Assembly: GCA_963845755.1 (NCBI GenBank)
Contig: CAWJTV010000014.1
Location: forward strand, 27,371 to 91,370
Direction of reading: 5' to 3'
DNA length: 64,000 bases
Source of the DNA: an uncultured Planctomycetota bacterium
GTDB taxonomy: Bacteria; Planctomycetota; Planctomycetia; Isosphaerales; Isosphaeraceae
The position numbers and the translations under genes were made by a program. Below are positions 11,601 to 22,318 of this stretch, one piece after another; within the stretch, counting starts at the first letter, position 1; each line of letters opens with the position of its first letter. Below the pieces are notes generated by a model. It was not told the origin of the DNA. It did no database searches and worked only from the letters and a program-made list of their open reading frames with translations.

Positions 11601-14513
11601 AACCCGGGATGACCCCAGGTGATCGGCCAGTACGAGAGATCGAGCACGCCCGCGACGAGCTGAGCCAGTCCCAGGTAGACCAGGCCCGACCGTTTCATGA
11701 ACCGTGTGGTCCCGACGAGCGCGGGTGCCCCGAGCAGCCAGACCAGTCCCGTAATCCAGGCGACTCCAAGATCACGGAAAGCCATCCAGTCGGCAACCAG
11801 CGTCAGCATGACGACGGACTGCGGCAGAATGCTCACGAACACTTCGGAGGCACCGGGAGCCGGCCGCATGCCGATCGGTGTCGGCGCGGCCGGCGTCGCG
11901 ACCGCACGCAGCCTGTTGCGGAGCACCTCGGCAACGGCCAGGAACGCCAGTGCGTCGCCGACGAGGAGGAGGCCGTAATCCGCGGAGGAGAGGGATGCGC
12001 CGCCCATCGCGAGGGATAAGCCGCAGATCGTCAGCTCGACGAGGCTGACGAGCGTCACGCCGGCCCGGAGGATCCACGGCCGTTCGCGATTCAACACGAG
12101 TGCGAGGCTCGCCACCAGTCCGAACGTGCCCGCGGCGCCGATCGAGCTCGGCCCCTTCGCGGCGAGGAAGAGCGTGGCCACCACCAGGGCCAGCGTGGAA
12201 AGTCCGCGAGCGGCCATCGTCCAGGGGAGCGCGTACACGTCGTCAACGTCGAGGCGTCGCAAGCTCTTGCGGATGATCCAGCAGAACCAGGCGAGCGCGG
12301 CGCAGAGCAGCGCCTGGTCGGCGATAGTCACACCGGGAATGAAGGTCGAACCCGAAATAGGCGGTCCCGACGAGCGTGCCGATGGTCAAGAACGTCAAAG
12401 AGGGTGCCGCGAAGAGCCAGACGGCCAGGGCGAACCAGATCGTGTAACCCGCGAGGACGATCGCGCCGGCCAGCGGCTCGAATCCGCTGTAAAGACAGGC
12501 GGCGATCGCCAGGGGCAGGCCGATGTAGTGGCAATGCCGCGCAAGCCGCTCGTCGTTCCAGGCTTGGGAGAACCACACCGAGAGGAGGGCCAGCACGGGA
12601 TTGGCGACCAGTCCCAGCACTGTTAGGAAGGGCCAGGGAAGGAACTCCGGGTAGCCGAGGGCCACTCGGATCGCATCGATGATGATCTGGATCCGATCGG
12701 CCAGGAAATAATGGGCGCCGATACGGGCCGCGACCAGTGCGCCGATGGCCAGGTAGAGGAAGACGGGTTGACGTTTCTTCGACAGCGACACCGCATAGAG
12801 TGCAAATCCCAGGAGGCTGACGGCGAGTGTGTTCCCGCTGAAGAACGCCGAATGGATGGGTGGCGAGGACAACGCCAGCGCGAAGGCCAGCCCGGAGAGC
12901 GCATAGCCGCCGAGCTCGATCAGGGCCAGTCGTTGGGTATCCGGCTCGATGGGGGCCAGCCGCCGTACACCATGGACGAGGGCGATGGCGGCCAGCATGA
13001 CCGGCCCCGCATAACAAGCCGGCTCCAGGCGGAGGACATGGACTCCGATGCGGATCAGGCAGGCCAGGCCGGCGAATCCGAGCAAGCCCAGCACGAGCGT
13101 GGCGAACCGGCGATGTTCTTCCGGCGACGCCCCCCAGCGCCGGGCTCCCAGGGCCCAGACCGAGACCAGGAACACGACGGCGGGCGCCTGGAACGCGGCG
13201 AACTGCCAGCCCCAGGGCACCGGCGCCCCGGAGCCGTCGCCGCGCTGCCGGCGCTCAGCATCAGCAACGCGATGGTCAGAAAACGCGCCTCGCCATGCGG
13301 CACCAGCATCCCGGTGACGATCCGCACCAATCCCACCAGCACCAGACCGTCGACGGCCAGGAGGCCCAGTCGAAAGGTGGAGGGTTCCGCCAGCAACTTG
13401 AGCTCGCCCGCGAGCATGAAATGGATCGGCACGATGATCAAGGTCGCGACGAGCATCATCTGGCCGGCACGTTCGGCCCCCCATCGCACGAGCCCCGCTC
13501 CCAGGCCGGCGAACATCATCGTCCCCACGAGGGCCAGCGCGGCACTTGCCGGCCGGCGACCAGAGCAAGGGGCCCAGCAGGAGGTGCGCGGCGACGGTCG
13601 AGCTCACCACGATCAGGAGCACCGCCAGACAGAGGATCAACTTCTGCCAGTGCTCCTGGAGGAACTCTCCGGCGAAGGCCGCCCATGAGAACGATGGTGG
13701 CTCGATGATCCCGACCGCCGTACCACTCGTCGCCCCATGACCGGATGGCGCCGGCTCGGGAGCAATCCCCGTGAGGCGCTCGACGCGCAGGCGCGTCCGG
13801 ATATTCTGGACCCAGCGCGACCAAACCGCGATCGAGGGCTGCAAGTTCTGGAGGACCTCGTACAACGTCAGGGCCTCGTCGAGCTGGCCCGTTCGGTAAA
13901 GGGCGAACGCGGCGATCGTCAGGGCTTCGACCTGGCTGGGCCGCAGGACGAGGATCTCACGGCACAGCGCGACCGCCTCGGCATCGCGGTGGTCGTCCAT
14001 GGCGATCCGCGCCCGATCGAGCTGTTCGGCCACCTTGCGGTCCTGCTGGACCTGTTCGGCCTTGCGGCGCCGGACCTCCTCACGCTCCGCCTTCAGACCG
14101 AGGAGTCGGTCCAGCTTCTGCCGGAGCTGAGGGAATCGCTCCAGGGCCTCGGTGCAGACCGCGACGGCTCGCTCGTCTTGCTCGACCTCCCAGCTCAGGT
14201 CGATCGTCATCACCGTCGCTTCGAGCTGAGACGGATCGATCTGTCGTGCCCGGTCGGCCCATTCCAGGGCTTCCCCCGGCCGGCTCCTGGCGAGGGTCCG
14301 GGCACGGGTCATCGTGGCCTGATAGTGGCCTTGCTGCTCGATGGTCTCGCGCCTTCGCTGACCCTCGGCCACGACCGTCGCGTACGAATCCGCGGCGATC
14401 ATGCCGCGTTCGAGCAAGTTCTTCATTTGCTCGATGAGGTAATCCAGGTGCCCCAGCTCGTCGCGCTCGCCGGCCGACAGCAGGGGCTCGATCGTCGGAC
14501 TCACAGCGGACAT
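8650..14513 (-). CDS. Very large TPR + polytopic membrane protein (about 1950 aa, about 4 frameshifts)
   Basis: ORFs 12243..14828, 13055..13528, 8321..12331 and 8650..11430 join into one product: TPR-like N-terminus followed by many hydrophobic helices; likely start MSAVSP at 14513. Confidence 0.7.
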
Positions 14514-14551
14514 GGTCTCGAAGCTCCGTTCCCACGGGACATCGGGAATCG

Positions 14552-15589
14552 TCAAGGTGCTCGCAGTAGTTTGACGGACTCCTGGCGCAACTCCTGGTCG
14601 AGTTGCTCCAAATCGCCGAAATGAGATTTGGCATCGTCCAGTCGGTGGAGCTGGTCCTTCCGGCCTCGGAGCGTTTGCAGATACGCCCGCAATTGCGGCA
14701 GCCGGACCGGGTCCGTCATCAGGTGGTAGACGAGCAGCCAGCTCTCCGCGTAACCCAAGGTGCGTTGAGCCGGTAATCCCCCATACCAATTCGGCTTCTC
14801 CGTGACGAGGTTCGTCACGGGGATCCACTCCACGCGTCGCCGGGAATGGGCCAGCTCGATCAGCCGCCGCTGGTTGATCTGGCCGGGTTCACTGGGTCCC
14901 CGAAGCTTGCGCCGCTCTCCGTACATGGCTAGCCCCTCGGAGATCCAGTGGGGAGCATCGCCCGATCGTTCGAGGACTCCCGAGTTGAAATTCAGTTGAT
15001 GAGTTGCCTCGTGGGTGACGGTTTCCCGGTTATCCTGGCCGGCCGCGACGGTCATCATCGGGGTGTTCCGAAAATCGAATAAAGCCAGCCAGTTCGTGCG
15101 TTGACTGTAGAATCCGGCCAGTCCCGGCGGGACACGGCCGGCATACTTCAGGAACGGGCGTTCGTCTTCGAACACGATCAAGATCAGACGACGGTCGGGC
15201 AGCTTGATATCAAATCCCTTGTCGCGGTAATGCTTCAGATAATCGAGAGCGACCTGCTCGCAATCGGCCAGGGTCAGCTTGATGAAGGTCTCCGAGGCGT
15301 CACCCAGGGCCTGGTAGTGGGCGGATTGGAACGTGTGGATCTCATGATTGGTGACTTTCTGCACGATGGCTTCGGCGCGGCGAATCTCCTGAGCGGCGGT
15401 TTCGCCGGCCCCCGACTTCGGGTCGTCCGCGCCGATGGCGAAATTGTTGCAGCGCTCGAGGATGCCGAATCCGACCGCCGCACGGCCCGCCAGGCGCAGC
15501 CAGTCCCGGCGATTGACGGTTCGCCAGGCGTGAGCGATCCCGAGCCGACGCGAATGATTCCTCGGTTCTCCGATGCATGGCCGCGTCAT
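14552..15589 (-). CDS. DUF1570-like zincin protein with Tat-like signal
   Basis: NRRDWL twin-Arg motif; AGFYS, HEATHQL (HExxH), PHWISEGLAMY, GYAESWLLVYHL. Start uncertain. Confidence 0.8.
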   Translation of the reverse strand: MTRPCIGEPRNHSRRLGIAHAWRTVNRRDWLRLAGRAAVGFGILERCNNFAIGADDPKSGAGETAAQEIRRAEAIVQKVTNHEIHTFQSAHYQALGDASETFIKLTLADCEQVALDYLKHYRDKGFDIKLPDRRLILIVFEDERPFLKYAGRVPPGLAGFYSQRTNWLALFDFRNTPMMTVAAGQDNRETVTHEATHQLNFNSGVLERSGDAPHWISEGLAMYGERRKLRGPSEPGQINQRRLIELAHSRRRVEWIPVTNLVTEKPNWYGGLPAQRTLGYAESWLLVYHLMTDPVRLPQLRAYLQTLRGRKDQLHRLDDAKSHFGDLEQLDQELRQESVKLLRAP

Positions 15590-16145
15590 GTCCGCGCCTC
15601 CCGATGATTCCCGACACGTTGGATCGCCCTTTCCCACCAAGTCCTATTATTTCGAGAAGCCGGGCAGAATCACGAGAGCAGCCGTCCAAGAAAGTGGCGG
15701 GTGCGAACCACGCCGCGGTATCATCGGAGAGCAACGTGGGGGCCAGTTCCCTTTCCTTCTCCTATGACCAACTCGTCCGATCGTGTGACACTGTGGTTGG
15801 GAAATGACGAGAGCGTGGTTGCCGCAGGACGTCTCGGACACGCGGATTGCCAACTCCTGCAATTGGCTCCCGCCTTGGGTGTGTAAGGCTTGATCGGTGT
15901 TGTTGCTGGAAGCTCCGCGGCAACGCTCGCGTTTCTGATCTGGCCCCAGCTTGACGGAACGGCAACGCGTCCTCCCTCACCGTCACCTCAACGGATCCCC
16001 GGGGACCGCCCACTCGGTACTACAATCAGATGCGGGCCCAGGACGTCCGAATGGCCAACTTGCCATCCAACCTGAACCGATCCAGAACTTTCCCACTCAT
16101 CGGCATTCCCTATGAAATGCCAGGTATTCATGTCGACTGCACCGT

Positions 16146-17435
16146 CTACCTTCCGGCGATCGGTATCGGCGCGACGGCCGTGCTGATTGGTTCGATGATG
16201 GCCAACGCGGAGAATAGTGCACTGGCGAGTGTGAGATCCAGTATTTCAGCGTCCAAGAGCCCAAGCGCAGAGATCTTGCTGATCTCTTCATCGGTAATCG
16301 TGTAGGCCGCGTTCGCCACCTGCCACGCATATCGGCGACACGCCGACACGAGACCCGAATCGGAGGCGGCACCTGGCGGAGCAGCCCACGAGAGGAGTGT
16401 ATTCGAATCGGGCAACGACCCCTGGGACAGCCACTGATCGACCGCCCGACTCAGGCTGGAACCCGACATCGCCCGGGATGCCACGGCAATCGCCGCCGCC
16501 TCTTTCAAGAGGTCGAAACGGACCCCGGTATGCGTGACGTTGACTTCGATCAGCTCAAGTACCCCCTCGAGTACCGCTGGCGATCGACTCAACCAGTGGA
16601 AGACGTCGGGCACAGCCGGTGCACCCAGACGCTCGAACAGGACACCGAGCCGATCCAGCAGTTCTGCCGGCGAGTGACGGGGCCGATGCTTGTAAGACAA
16701 GTCGTAGACCAGACCGATCAGCGACGCCATCCGACGCTCGACCCAGCCCCGAATCGGCTTCAACTCGCGGAGGAAACGGTATTCCAGCCGCACCCGGCGC
16801 GCGTCGGCGACGCGATTGATGAAGTTGAACGCGAACACGACGCCGGCCGTCTCGAGCAGGAGATCCTCGTCCCCGACACGGGCCGCGGCCGAGGCGATCC
16901 AATCGACATCCACGTCTGCTACCGGCGAGGCGAGCGTCGCGTGCGCCGCGATCGCCACGAGCAGGCTCTCGGGACCCTTGCAACCGGCACGCTCGACACG
17001 CTCCGCGATCCGGTCCGGATCCAGTACCGGGCGTCTGGGGGCGATCCCATTATTTATAATTGAGTTATGATGTCCAAATAAACGGCCATCTCCGGGTGCC
17101 TGTTCGTCGTGCGGGGCCCGGATGGCCTCGACGACGGCGTCGACCAGGTCGTGTGCCCTATCGAAATCGGATCCTGCAGCCTGCAGGAAGAGCAGATGCT
17201 CTGACGTTCAGTAGAAGCACTGATTCGCCGCCGAGATTGCCACGGCGATCGACTCCCGCAAGCGCCGGGTACCGGCTTCGCCGCCCCACATGAGAGACAG
17301 CCAGGTCTTCTTGAACGAAGCCTGATACGTCGGCCGACACCGGAACGTCCGGGCGATGCTGGGATTCGTCCAGATCGAACGCCCTGCGAGTTGCCTGGTC
17401 GCGCCAACGAGTGCATTCGTGATCAAACTGGACAT
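16146..17435 (-). CDS. AhpD/carboxymuconolactone-decarboxylase-like protein, two domains, probable selenoprotein (UGA at codon 76)
   Basis: ORFs 17208..17474 and 16146..16958 share a frame and are separated only by TGA at 17210-17208; read-through gives RESIAVAISAANQCFY-U-TSEH (CxxCxxxH pattern). I translated 17207-16958 by hand and found no other stop. GGAGG RBS precedes ATG 17435; total 429 aa. Confidence 0.75.
17172..17188 (-). promoter_or_regulatory. Candidate bacterial SECIS hairpin
   Basis: mRNA UCCUGCA-GGC-UGCAGGA lies 20-36 nt after the UGA, with a G-starting apical loop. Confidence 0.55.
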
Positions 17436-17750
17436 CGTCGGATAAACCTCCATCTTCGGAATCGGAAGTCCCACTTTGCCGCCGGAGCCGCGACGTCCAT
17501 CGAGCCTCTGTCACGGCAATCGATTATGACGCAAAGTCTGAGCGCCGCTTCAATCTCATGACATGCAAACCACGGTCATCGACGAGCCGATTGGGGGCAC
17601 AACCCCCCGGTTATGGATCGGAGCTGGTTTCGATGATCCATTGAATCTGCCTTGCACGCCATTGAACAGAATCCAGGGCTCATGCGCGGAATGTGCATTG
17701 CGATCCGCGCAATCGTTCGATTGGCCTCCCCGGCCGCGCCGCCGCGGGCG

Positions 17751-18740
17751 TCAACTCGCCGACGTTCCGCTCGCGGCACCGACCATCGCCGGCTGAAGCA
17801 TGAGGGGTCCTCGTGGACTTGCGCGAATGGACCGCCAGGCCGCCCAGGCGTACAAACCCACAGCCCGCATGGCGGAGACGATCGCCAATGCGATGAACAA
17901 ACCGTACACCATATGCTCGACCAGGAGCACGCCGTAGACCGCTGCGATGGCCATGGCGAATAAAGCCTGGCGTAGTGGCTTGACGGGCGTCGTTGCCGGG
18001 TCGGGGATCATGTACAGGGTAAAGACCATGAACGCCGCACTCGTCATCGGCGTCAGAGGCACGATCCATGACGTTCCGGAGTACCAGCTCCGCACTTGAC
18101 CCTGGATGACAAAGGCGACCAGCCAGGTCAGAACCATCGTAAGTCGGCCCGTGAACAACCCATGAACGACGAGGCCCGTCGCCAGCACCAGGCCGGGCAG
18201 CGCCCAGTGCCACATCCCGGTCAGGTTCTCCGTGAAGTGATATGGGGGTGCCACCCCGATCGACGGGAACAAGAGCAGCGTGGCGACGATTCCCAGGTTC
18301 GACGGGTTGAAGATGTGCTGTGTTTTGCCCTCACCCACGGGTGCGCGGAACATCACCTTCGAGCAGATGGAGAGGCCGGCGGCGAACATCACCGGGATCA
18401 GCCGATCGCTGGGATACAGGATCATCGTGACAGCCAGACCCGGGATGATGGCAGGCGGCAGAAAGTTGAGAAGGTCCGCCCACGAGCCGGCGTACCGCGG
18501 CTTGCGGCCGCTGGCTCGCGCGTCGATCCACTCCAGCAGGAACTGGAGGCTGATGGCCGTCGCTAGCCCGACTATCGGCTGGATGTGTGACTGCTCGAAG
18601 CCGAGGAACATATGGCCGAGGATGTTCCAGACGATGAGTAAAATGGTGAAGTACCACAGGGCGAAATATCGACGCAGGGCGCTGCGCCTGGGGTAAAACT
18701 GCAGGGTCGTGATCGCGTCGGCTGTCGTTGCTGTCGTCAT
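17751..18740 (-). CDS. unbU: UnbU-like (enediyne cassette E5-type) membrane protein
   Basis: ALRRYFA...NILGHMFLGFEQS, HIFNPSNLGI, APPYHFTEN, LYMIPDPATTP; ATG overlaps the upstream stop (TGATG at 18742-18738). Confidence 0.8.
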   Translation of the reverse strand: MTTATTADAITTLQFYPRRSALRRYFALWYFTILLIVWNILGHMFLGFEQSHIQPIVGLATAISLQFLLEWIDARASGRKPRYAGSWADLLNFLPPAIIPGLAVTMILYPSDRLIPVMFAAGLSICSKVMFRAPVGEGKTQHIFNPSNLGIVATLLLFPSIGVAPPYHFTENLTGMWHWALPGLVLATGLVVHGLFTGRLTMVLTWLVAFVIQGQVRSWYSGTSWIVPLTPMTSAAFMVFTLYMIPDPATTPVKPLRQALFAMAIAAVYGVLLVEHMVYGLFIALAIVSAMRAVGLYAWAAWRSIRASPRGPLMLQPAMVGAASGTSAS

Positions 18741-20737
18741 CAAAGCGCTCCCTTCCGCTCCGTCGGCCAACCGAGTCGGATGGTGTGCCAACCCGCCTTC
18801 AATGGAAACGTTTCCTCATGCGGATTGCCGTCCGGGTCCCGCCAACGAATCTCGACGGGCGCTTCGGTGATTGTACCGAGACCCAGGTGAACATCCGGGG
18901 CACGTTTTCCGGCGTTGCCGGTTCCGCCGTCGATCTGGGCCACCCGCTTACGCCCGTCCGGCAACCGGATGGCCACCGCGGCGCCGATGGCCGGCCGGCT
19001 GGGATTTTCCGCGACGGGATGACCGATACCGGGCTCGACGATCGTTGCCTTTCCCTTTTCCAGAGGGAGCAACAGGCGCAGCCCCATGAAGTTGCCGGGC
19101 TTGGGGCACTCATTGTGGTAAAAGTAAGACGGCTGCCATTGATTCGCGAGGGCGAAATCGAGCCGGCCGTCGCCGTCCACGTCGGCCAGGGAGATGCCGC
19201 GCGTTAGCATCGCCTCGGACATGGACTGACCGTCCTGCAACATCAGTTTGGGGGCCACGTCGTAATAGCGGCCATCCCTGGCCCTGGCGAAGAAGGCGAA
19301 GGTTTCATGGCCGCTGAGGTCGTCGCCAGGCTGGAGGCTCGGCCAGAACTTCGGGTTGTGCAAGAGTTGGTTGTTGCTGGTGCCGAGGCTTTGTAATTCG
19401 GGCCACTTGTTGATTTGCCCCTTGATGAAGCCATTCGCCTGGAGCGTCTCCAGGACGCCGTCGTTGTTCAAATCCGCCAGCCGGCAGTCCCACGACCAGC
19501 CACTGCGTGACAGGCCCAGTTCTTCGCTGGCTTGCCGGAACGGAGCAATCCCGTCCTTCATGCGTTCGGTCTGGCCGGTGTTCAGCCACAAGAAATGGCT
19601 CTCGGTCAGGGCCCAACTGGAAGTGAGGTTGCTCACGTAGATATCCAGCAACCCATCGCCGTTGATGTCGCCGAAGTCCACGCCCATGCCTTTGAAGGAG
19701 TCCTGGTTAATTACGCACGAGGCCGGCGTGTCCATCGTGCGCTCTCCGTGCAAGGCCGCGAACTGAAAGCGGCCGGAGGTCGAGCGATTGTGCAGCAGGC
19801 GGTCGGGGCCGAAGTCGTTGGAAACGTAGATTTCCGGCAGCAAGTCACCGTCGAGGTCGGCGGGCCCGATGGCAAAGCTCCAGCCGTGGGTCAGGTCCTC
19901 GGCGATCGCATCCGTCTGCTGGTCGAATCGGACCGTCGGATGCGGGCCCGAGGTCGCGCCCACAAACCGGAAGAATCGGAGTCCACCGCCGTTGCCGGAC
20001 CTCGCCAGCGAGTCATGCAAGCTTTGGAATCCCTGGGCATTCTCGTCCAACATTCGGGAGCCGTCGGGGAAGTAATTGCCGATGATCAGATCGAGGTGTC
20101 CGTTGCCGTCCAGGTCGGCCACAGCCGCCGTCGAGGAGTACCAGCGGTCGTCGCCCTTGAGCAATTCCTGCGCTTGGAACTCGGCGGCCGAGGGCGCGGT
20201 CTTCGGGTCAGCCGGCGTTCTGCGCAGATAAACGATCGGGGTACGGCCCCAGTGGACGATGAGCACGTCCATCAGACCATCCTCATTCAAGTCGGCGATC
20301 AGGGGGCCCTGAGGGCACATCGTCGCGAGGTTCCAGTTGGGGAACGACGATCCGGGGTCGAGTGCGAATGTTTCGTAACGCGCCCCGGTCTCGGGGACAG
20401 GACCGCAATTAACCTGGTCGGTGCGTGGATCGATCCAGACGACGTCGTTTTGCAGCCCGTCGCCGTCCAGATCGCCCAGCGCCACGCTGGCCCCGAGTGT
20501 GGACAGGTAGGCTCGGATGTGCCGCATGCTGGGGTGGACCTTGCGGACATACTTGTACGGCGGGTGGTTGGCCACTTCGGGCAGCGGCGTCCGGCTAAAC
20601 CGGAAGTTGTTGACGACCTCTTCCGACTCGGCCCTGGAGAGTGGCCGCTCGCGAGTCATGACGTACAGGCTGATGACAATGGCCGCAGACACGAGCAAGG
20701 TGGCTCGGCGCCGGAACCATCCAGGCGGTCGGTTCAT
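18740..20737 (-). CDS. unbV: CRTAC1/ASPIC-UnbV family FG-GAP repeat protein (enediyne cassette E4-type)
   Basis: Several DLDGDG/DINGDG repeats, SNDFGPDRLLHN, DSFKGMGVDFGD, SGWSWD; C-terminal AIGAAV...AQIDGGTG...VHLGLG (ASPIC/UnbV); N-terminal anchor or signal. Confidence 0.85.
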   Translation of the reverse strand: MNRPPGWFRRRATLLVSAAIVISLYVMTRERPLSRAESEEVVNNFRFSRTPLPEVANHPPYKYVRKVHPSMRHIRAYLSTLGASVALGDLDGDGLQNDVVWIDPRTDQVNCGPVPETGARYETFALDPGSSFPNWNLATMCPQGPLIADLNEDGLMDVLIVHWGRTPIVYLRRTPADPKTAPSAAEFQAQELLKGDDRWYSSTAAVADLDGNGHLDLIIGNYFPDGSRMLDENAQGFQSLHDSLARSGNGGGLRFFRFVGATSGPHPTVRFDQQTDAIAEDLTHGWSFAIGPADLDGDLLPEIYVSNDFGPDRLLHNRSTSGRFQFAALHGERTMDTPASCVINQDSFKGMGVDFGDINGDGLLDIYVSNLTSSWALTESHFLWLNTGQTERMKDGIAPFRQASEELGLSRSGWSWDCRLADLNNDGVLETLQANGFIKGQINKWPELQSLGTSNNQLLHNPKFWPSLQPGDDLSGHETFAFFARARDGRYYDVAPKLMLQDGQSMSEAMLTRGISLADVDGDGRLDFALANQWQPSYFYHNECPKPGNFMGLRLLLPLEKGKATIVEPGIGHPVAENPSRPAIGAAVAIRLPDGRKRVAQIDGGTGNAGKRAPDVHLGLGTITEAPVEIRWRDPDGNPHEETFPLKAGWHTIRLGWPTERKGAL

Positions 20738-20987
20738 ACTGCACGTTCCTCTCTCAATGCCAATCGGACCTGAACTTGACTGCGCACAATCTCATCAGCG
20801 GGCTGTGACCCGTCGGACGGCAGGCCAAGGAAGTCACAAGCAATAGGATGCCGTCGCGCCATGGCGCCTTGCCCGTCGCGGGATGCGCGAGGCGGCGCGG
20901 GTGGGAACTGTCGCGCTCGCGGCGCAGACGGCGCCCGGCCGACAAGGGCCGAGACGCGTCGCGAGTCCGGGTCGCCCGATCACATGG

Positions 20988-21438
20988 TCAGGTCGTGGGG
21001 CGAGGGCCAGGGCGGCGAGGGGGATGGAAGATTGAGGAAGGATGGTCAACGGGAACGAGGCGCGTGTCCACGGCTGGGCGGGCGATCGATCCGGGATCGG
21101 CGAGGACGGGGGGACGAAGGGAGATGGCCCAGTTGCCATCACCATCGGTCATGACGGGCGGCACGGTCGAAAGCGGGACAGCCGGGTTTCCGGAGCAGAG
21201 CCCCGGAGCAGGGAGTCGGCCGCGACGGTGGTGTCTCGTCGTGGGGTGGGAGCACCGCCCCGCTCAGGATCAGTGGCTCGAGGGCGAATGTCTTCGCGGC
21301 TGCTTGCGTCCGCGAACTGAGGTAGTTTGCCGAACAGCCGGCTCGGGCCGCGGGGGCTGGGACGCAGAGGAGCATGAGGAGCGACAGGATCGCCCCGAGC
21401 CTCAGAGGCACCGCGGTTCCTTGGGCCGAGGATTGCAT
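20988..21438 (-). CDS. Small exported protein with CxxxxC and C-terminal IFHPPR motif (frameshift near 21197)
   Basis: Signal-like helix ending AARAG-C; restoring a CT dinucleotide gives PCSGALCSGNP...DHPSSIFHPPRRPGPRPTT*. Confidence 0.6.
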
Positions 21439-22207
21439 TACGACACCGGAGTCGGGCAGACGAAACGCAACGGATGGGGAACGAGAGATCCGACGACGGC
21501 GGCCGACATCGGTCTGCTCGATCGACTAACAAGGCTAATCGAAAGGATCGCCGCGATCAAGGACCTTCAATGCGGAAAAAGTCGTTCGGCCCGGCGGCGC
21601 GGTCGGCCCGCTACCGACGATGGCGTTTCCTGAAGTCGAACCAGCCGCTGGAAACAGTGGCCTCCCCTCCTGACCGAGAGAAGCCCGACGCTACTCGGCT
21701 CGACTTCCGGGAATCTCTCGGATGATGCCCAGCGCCCGTTTCGATCCGGGGCTGATTCCACGAGAAAATGGATCGACGCGGCATTATTCAGGATTCAGCA
21801 TTATGCGATGAAAGGTTTCCGAGTTCGAGTCACTTTCTCCTTTCTCGACCTTACCTGACACTATGACATGATTCTTTTCCAGGAAAAATGAACTGACGAT
21901 ATATTTCTTTATGAAACCGATTTTCCGGCCACACCGATTCTCCTCCGGGAATCGGCGGTAATGCCTTGTATGTATTGATATTACGCCAAATCCAAGACCA
22001 TTCAGTCATCTCCCCTTCGGTGGCTGTCCCCGTTGATCTCTGGAAGATTTTCCTTGACTCGATGCTCGTGCGTGTCAAGAATAGGAGTGGCGCAGGTGGT
22101 ACAATAGAGTAATCTTATGTGCCGAAAATCATGGGTTTCTCGGCCCCGATTCTTGCTCTGAACACCGACTGCGTAACACCTGTCTAACTCGATGGCGAGG
22201 CGATTCA

Positions 22208-22318
22208 TTCTTCCGGCACCCGGTCTGGGTGCGGGGTCTGTTGTCGATGTGCGCCTTGGACCTTCTTCCGGGCACCCGGTCTGGGTGCGGGGTCTGTTGT
22301 CGATGTGCGCCTTGGACC
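22208..22318. repeat. Tandem duplication, 55 + 56 bp, containing the protease start codon
   Basis: TTCTTCCGG(G)CACCCGGTCTGGGTGCGGGGTCTGTTGTCGATGTGCGCCTTGGACC at 22208-22262 and 22263-22318, differing by one G. Confidence 0.95.

Noticed and set aside
8321..12331. 1336-aa ORF as an independent protein
   Set aside because: Only the first ~295 aa look genuine; the rest is out-of-frame read-through of the large membrane-protein gene.
17050..17082. AT-rich patch as an intergenic gap splitting the AhpD-like gene
   Set aside because: The reading frame runs through it without a stop (RLFGHHNSIINNG), so it is better read as a variable loop.
17751..20737. Complete enediyne biosynthetic cluster
   Set aside because: No PKS, thioesterase or DUF1702 gene in the window.
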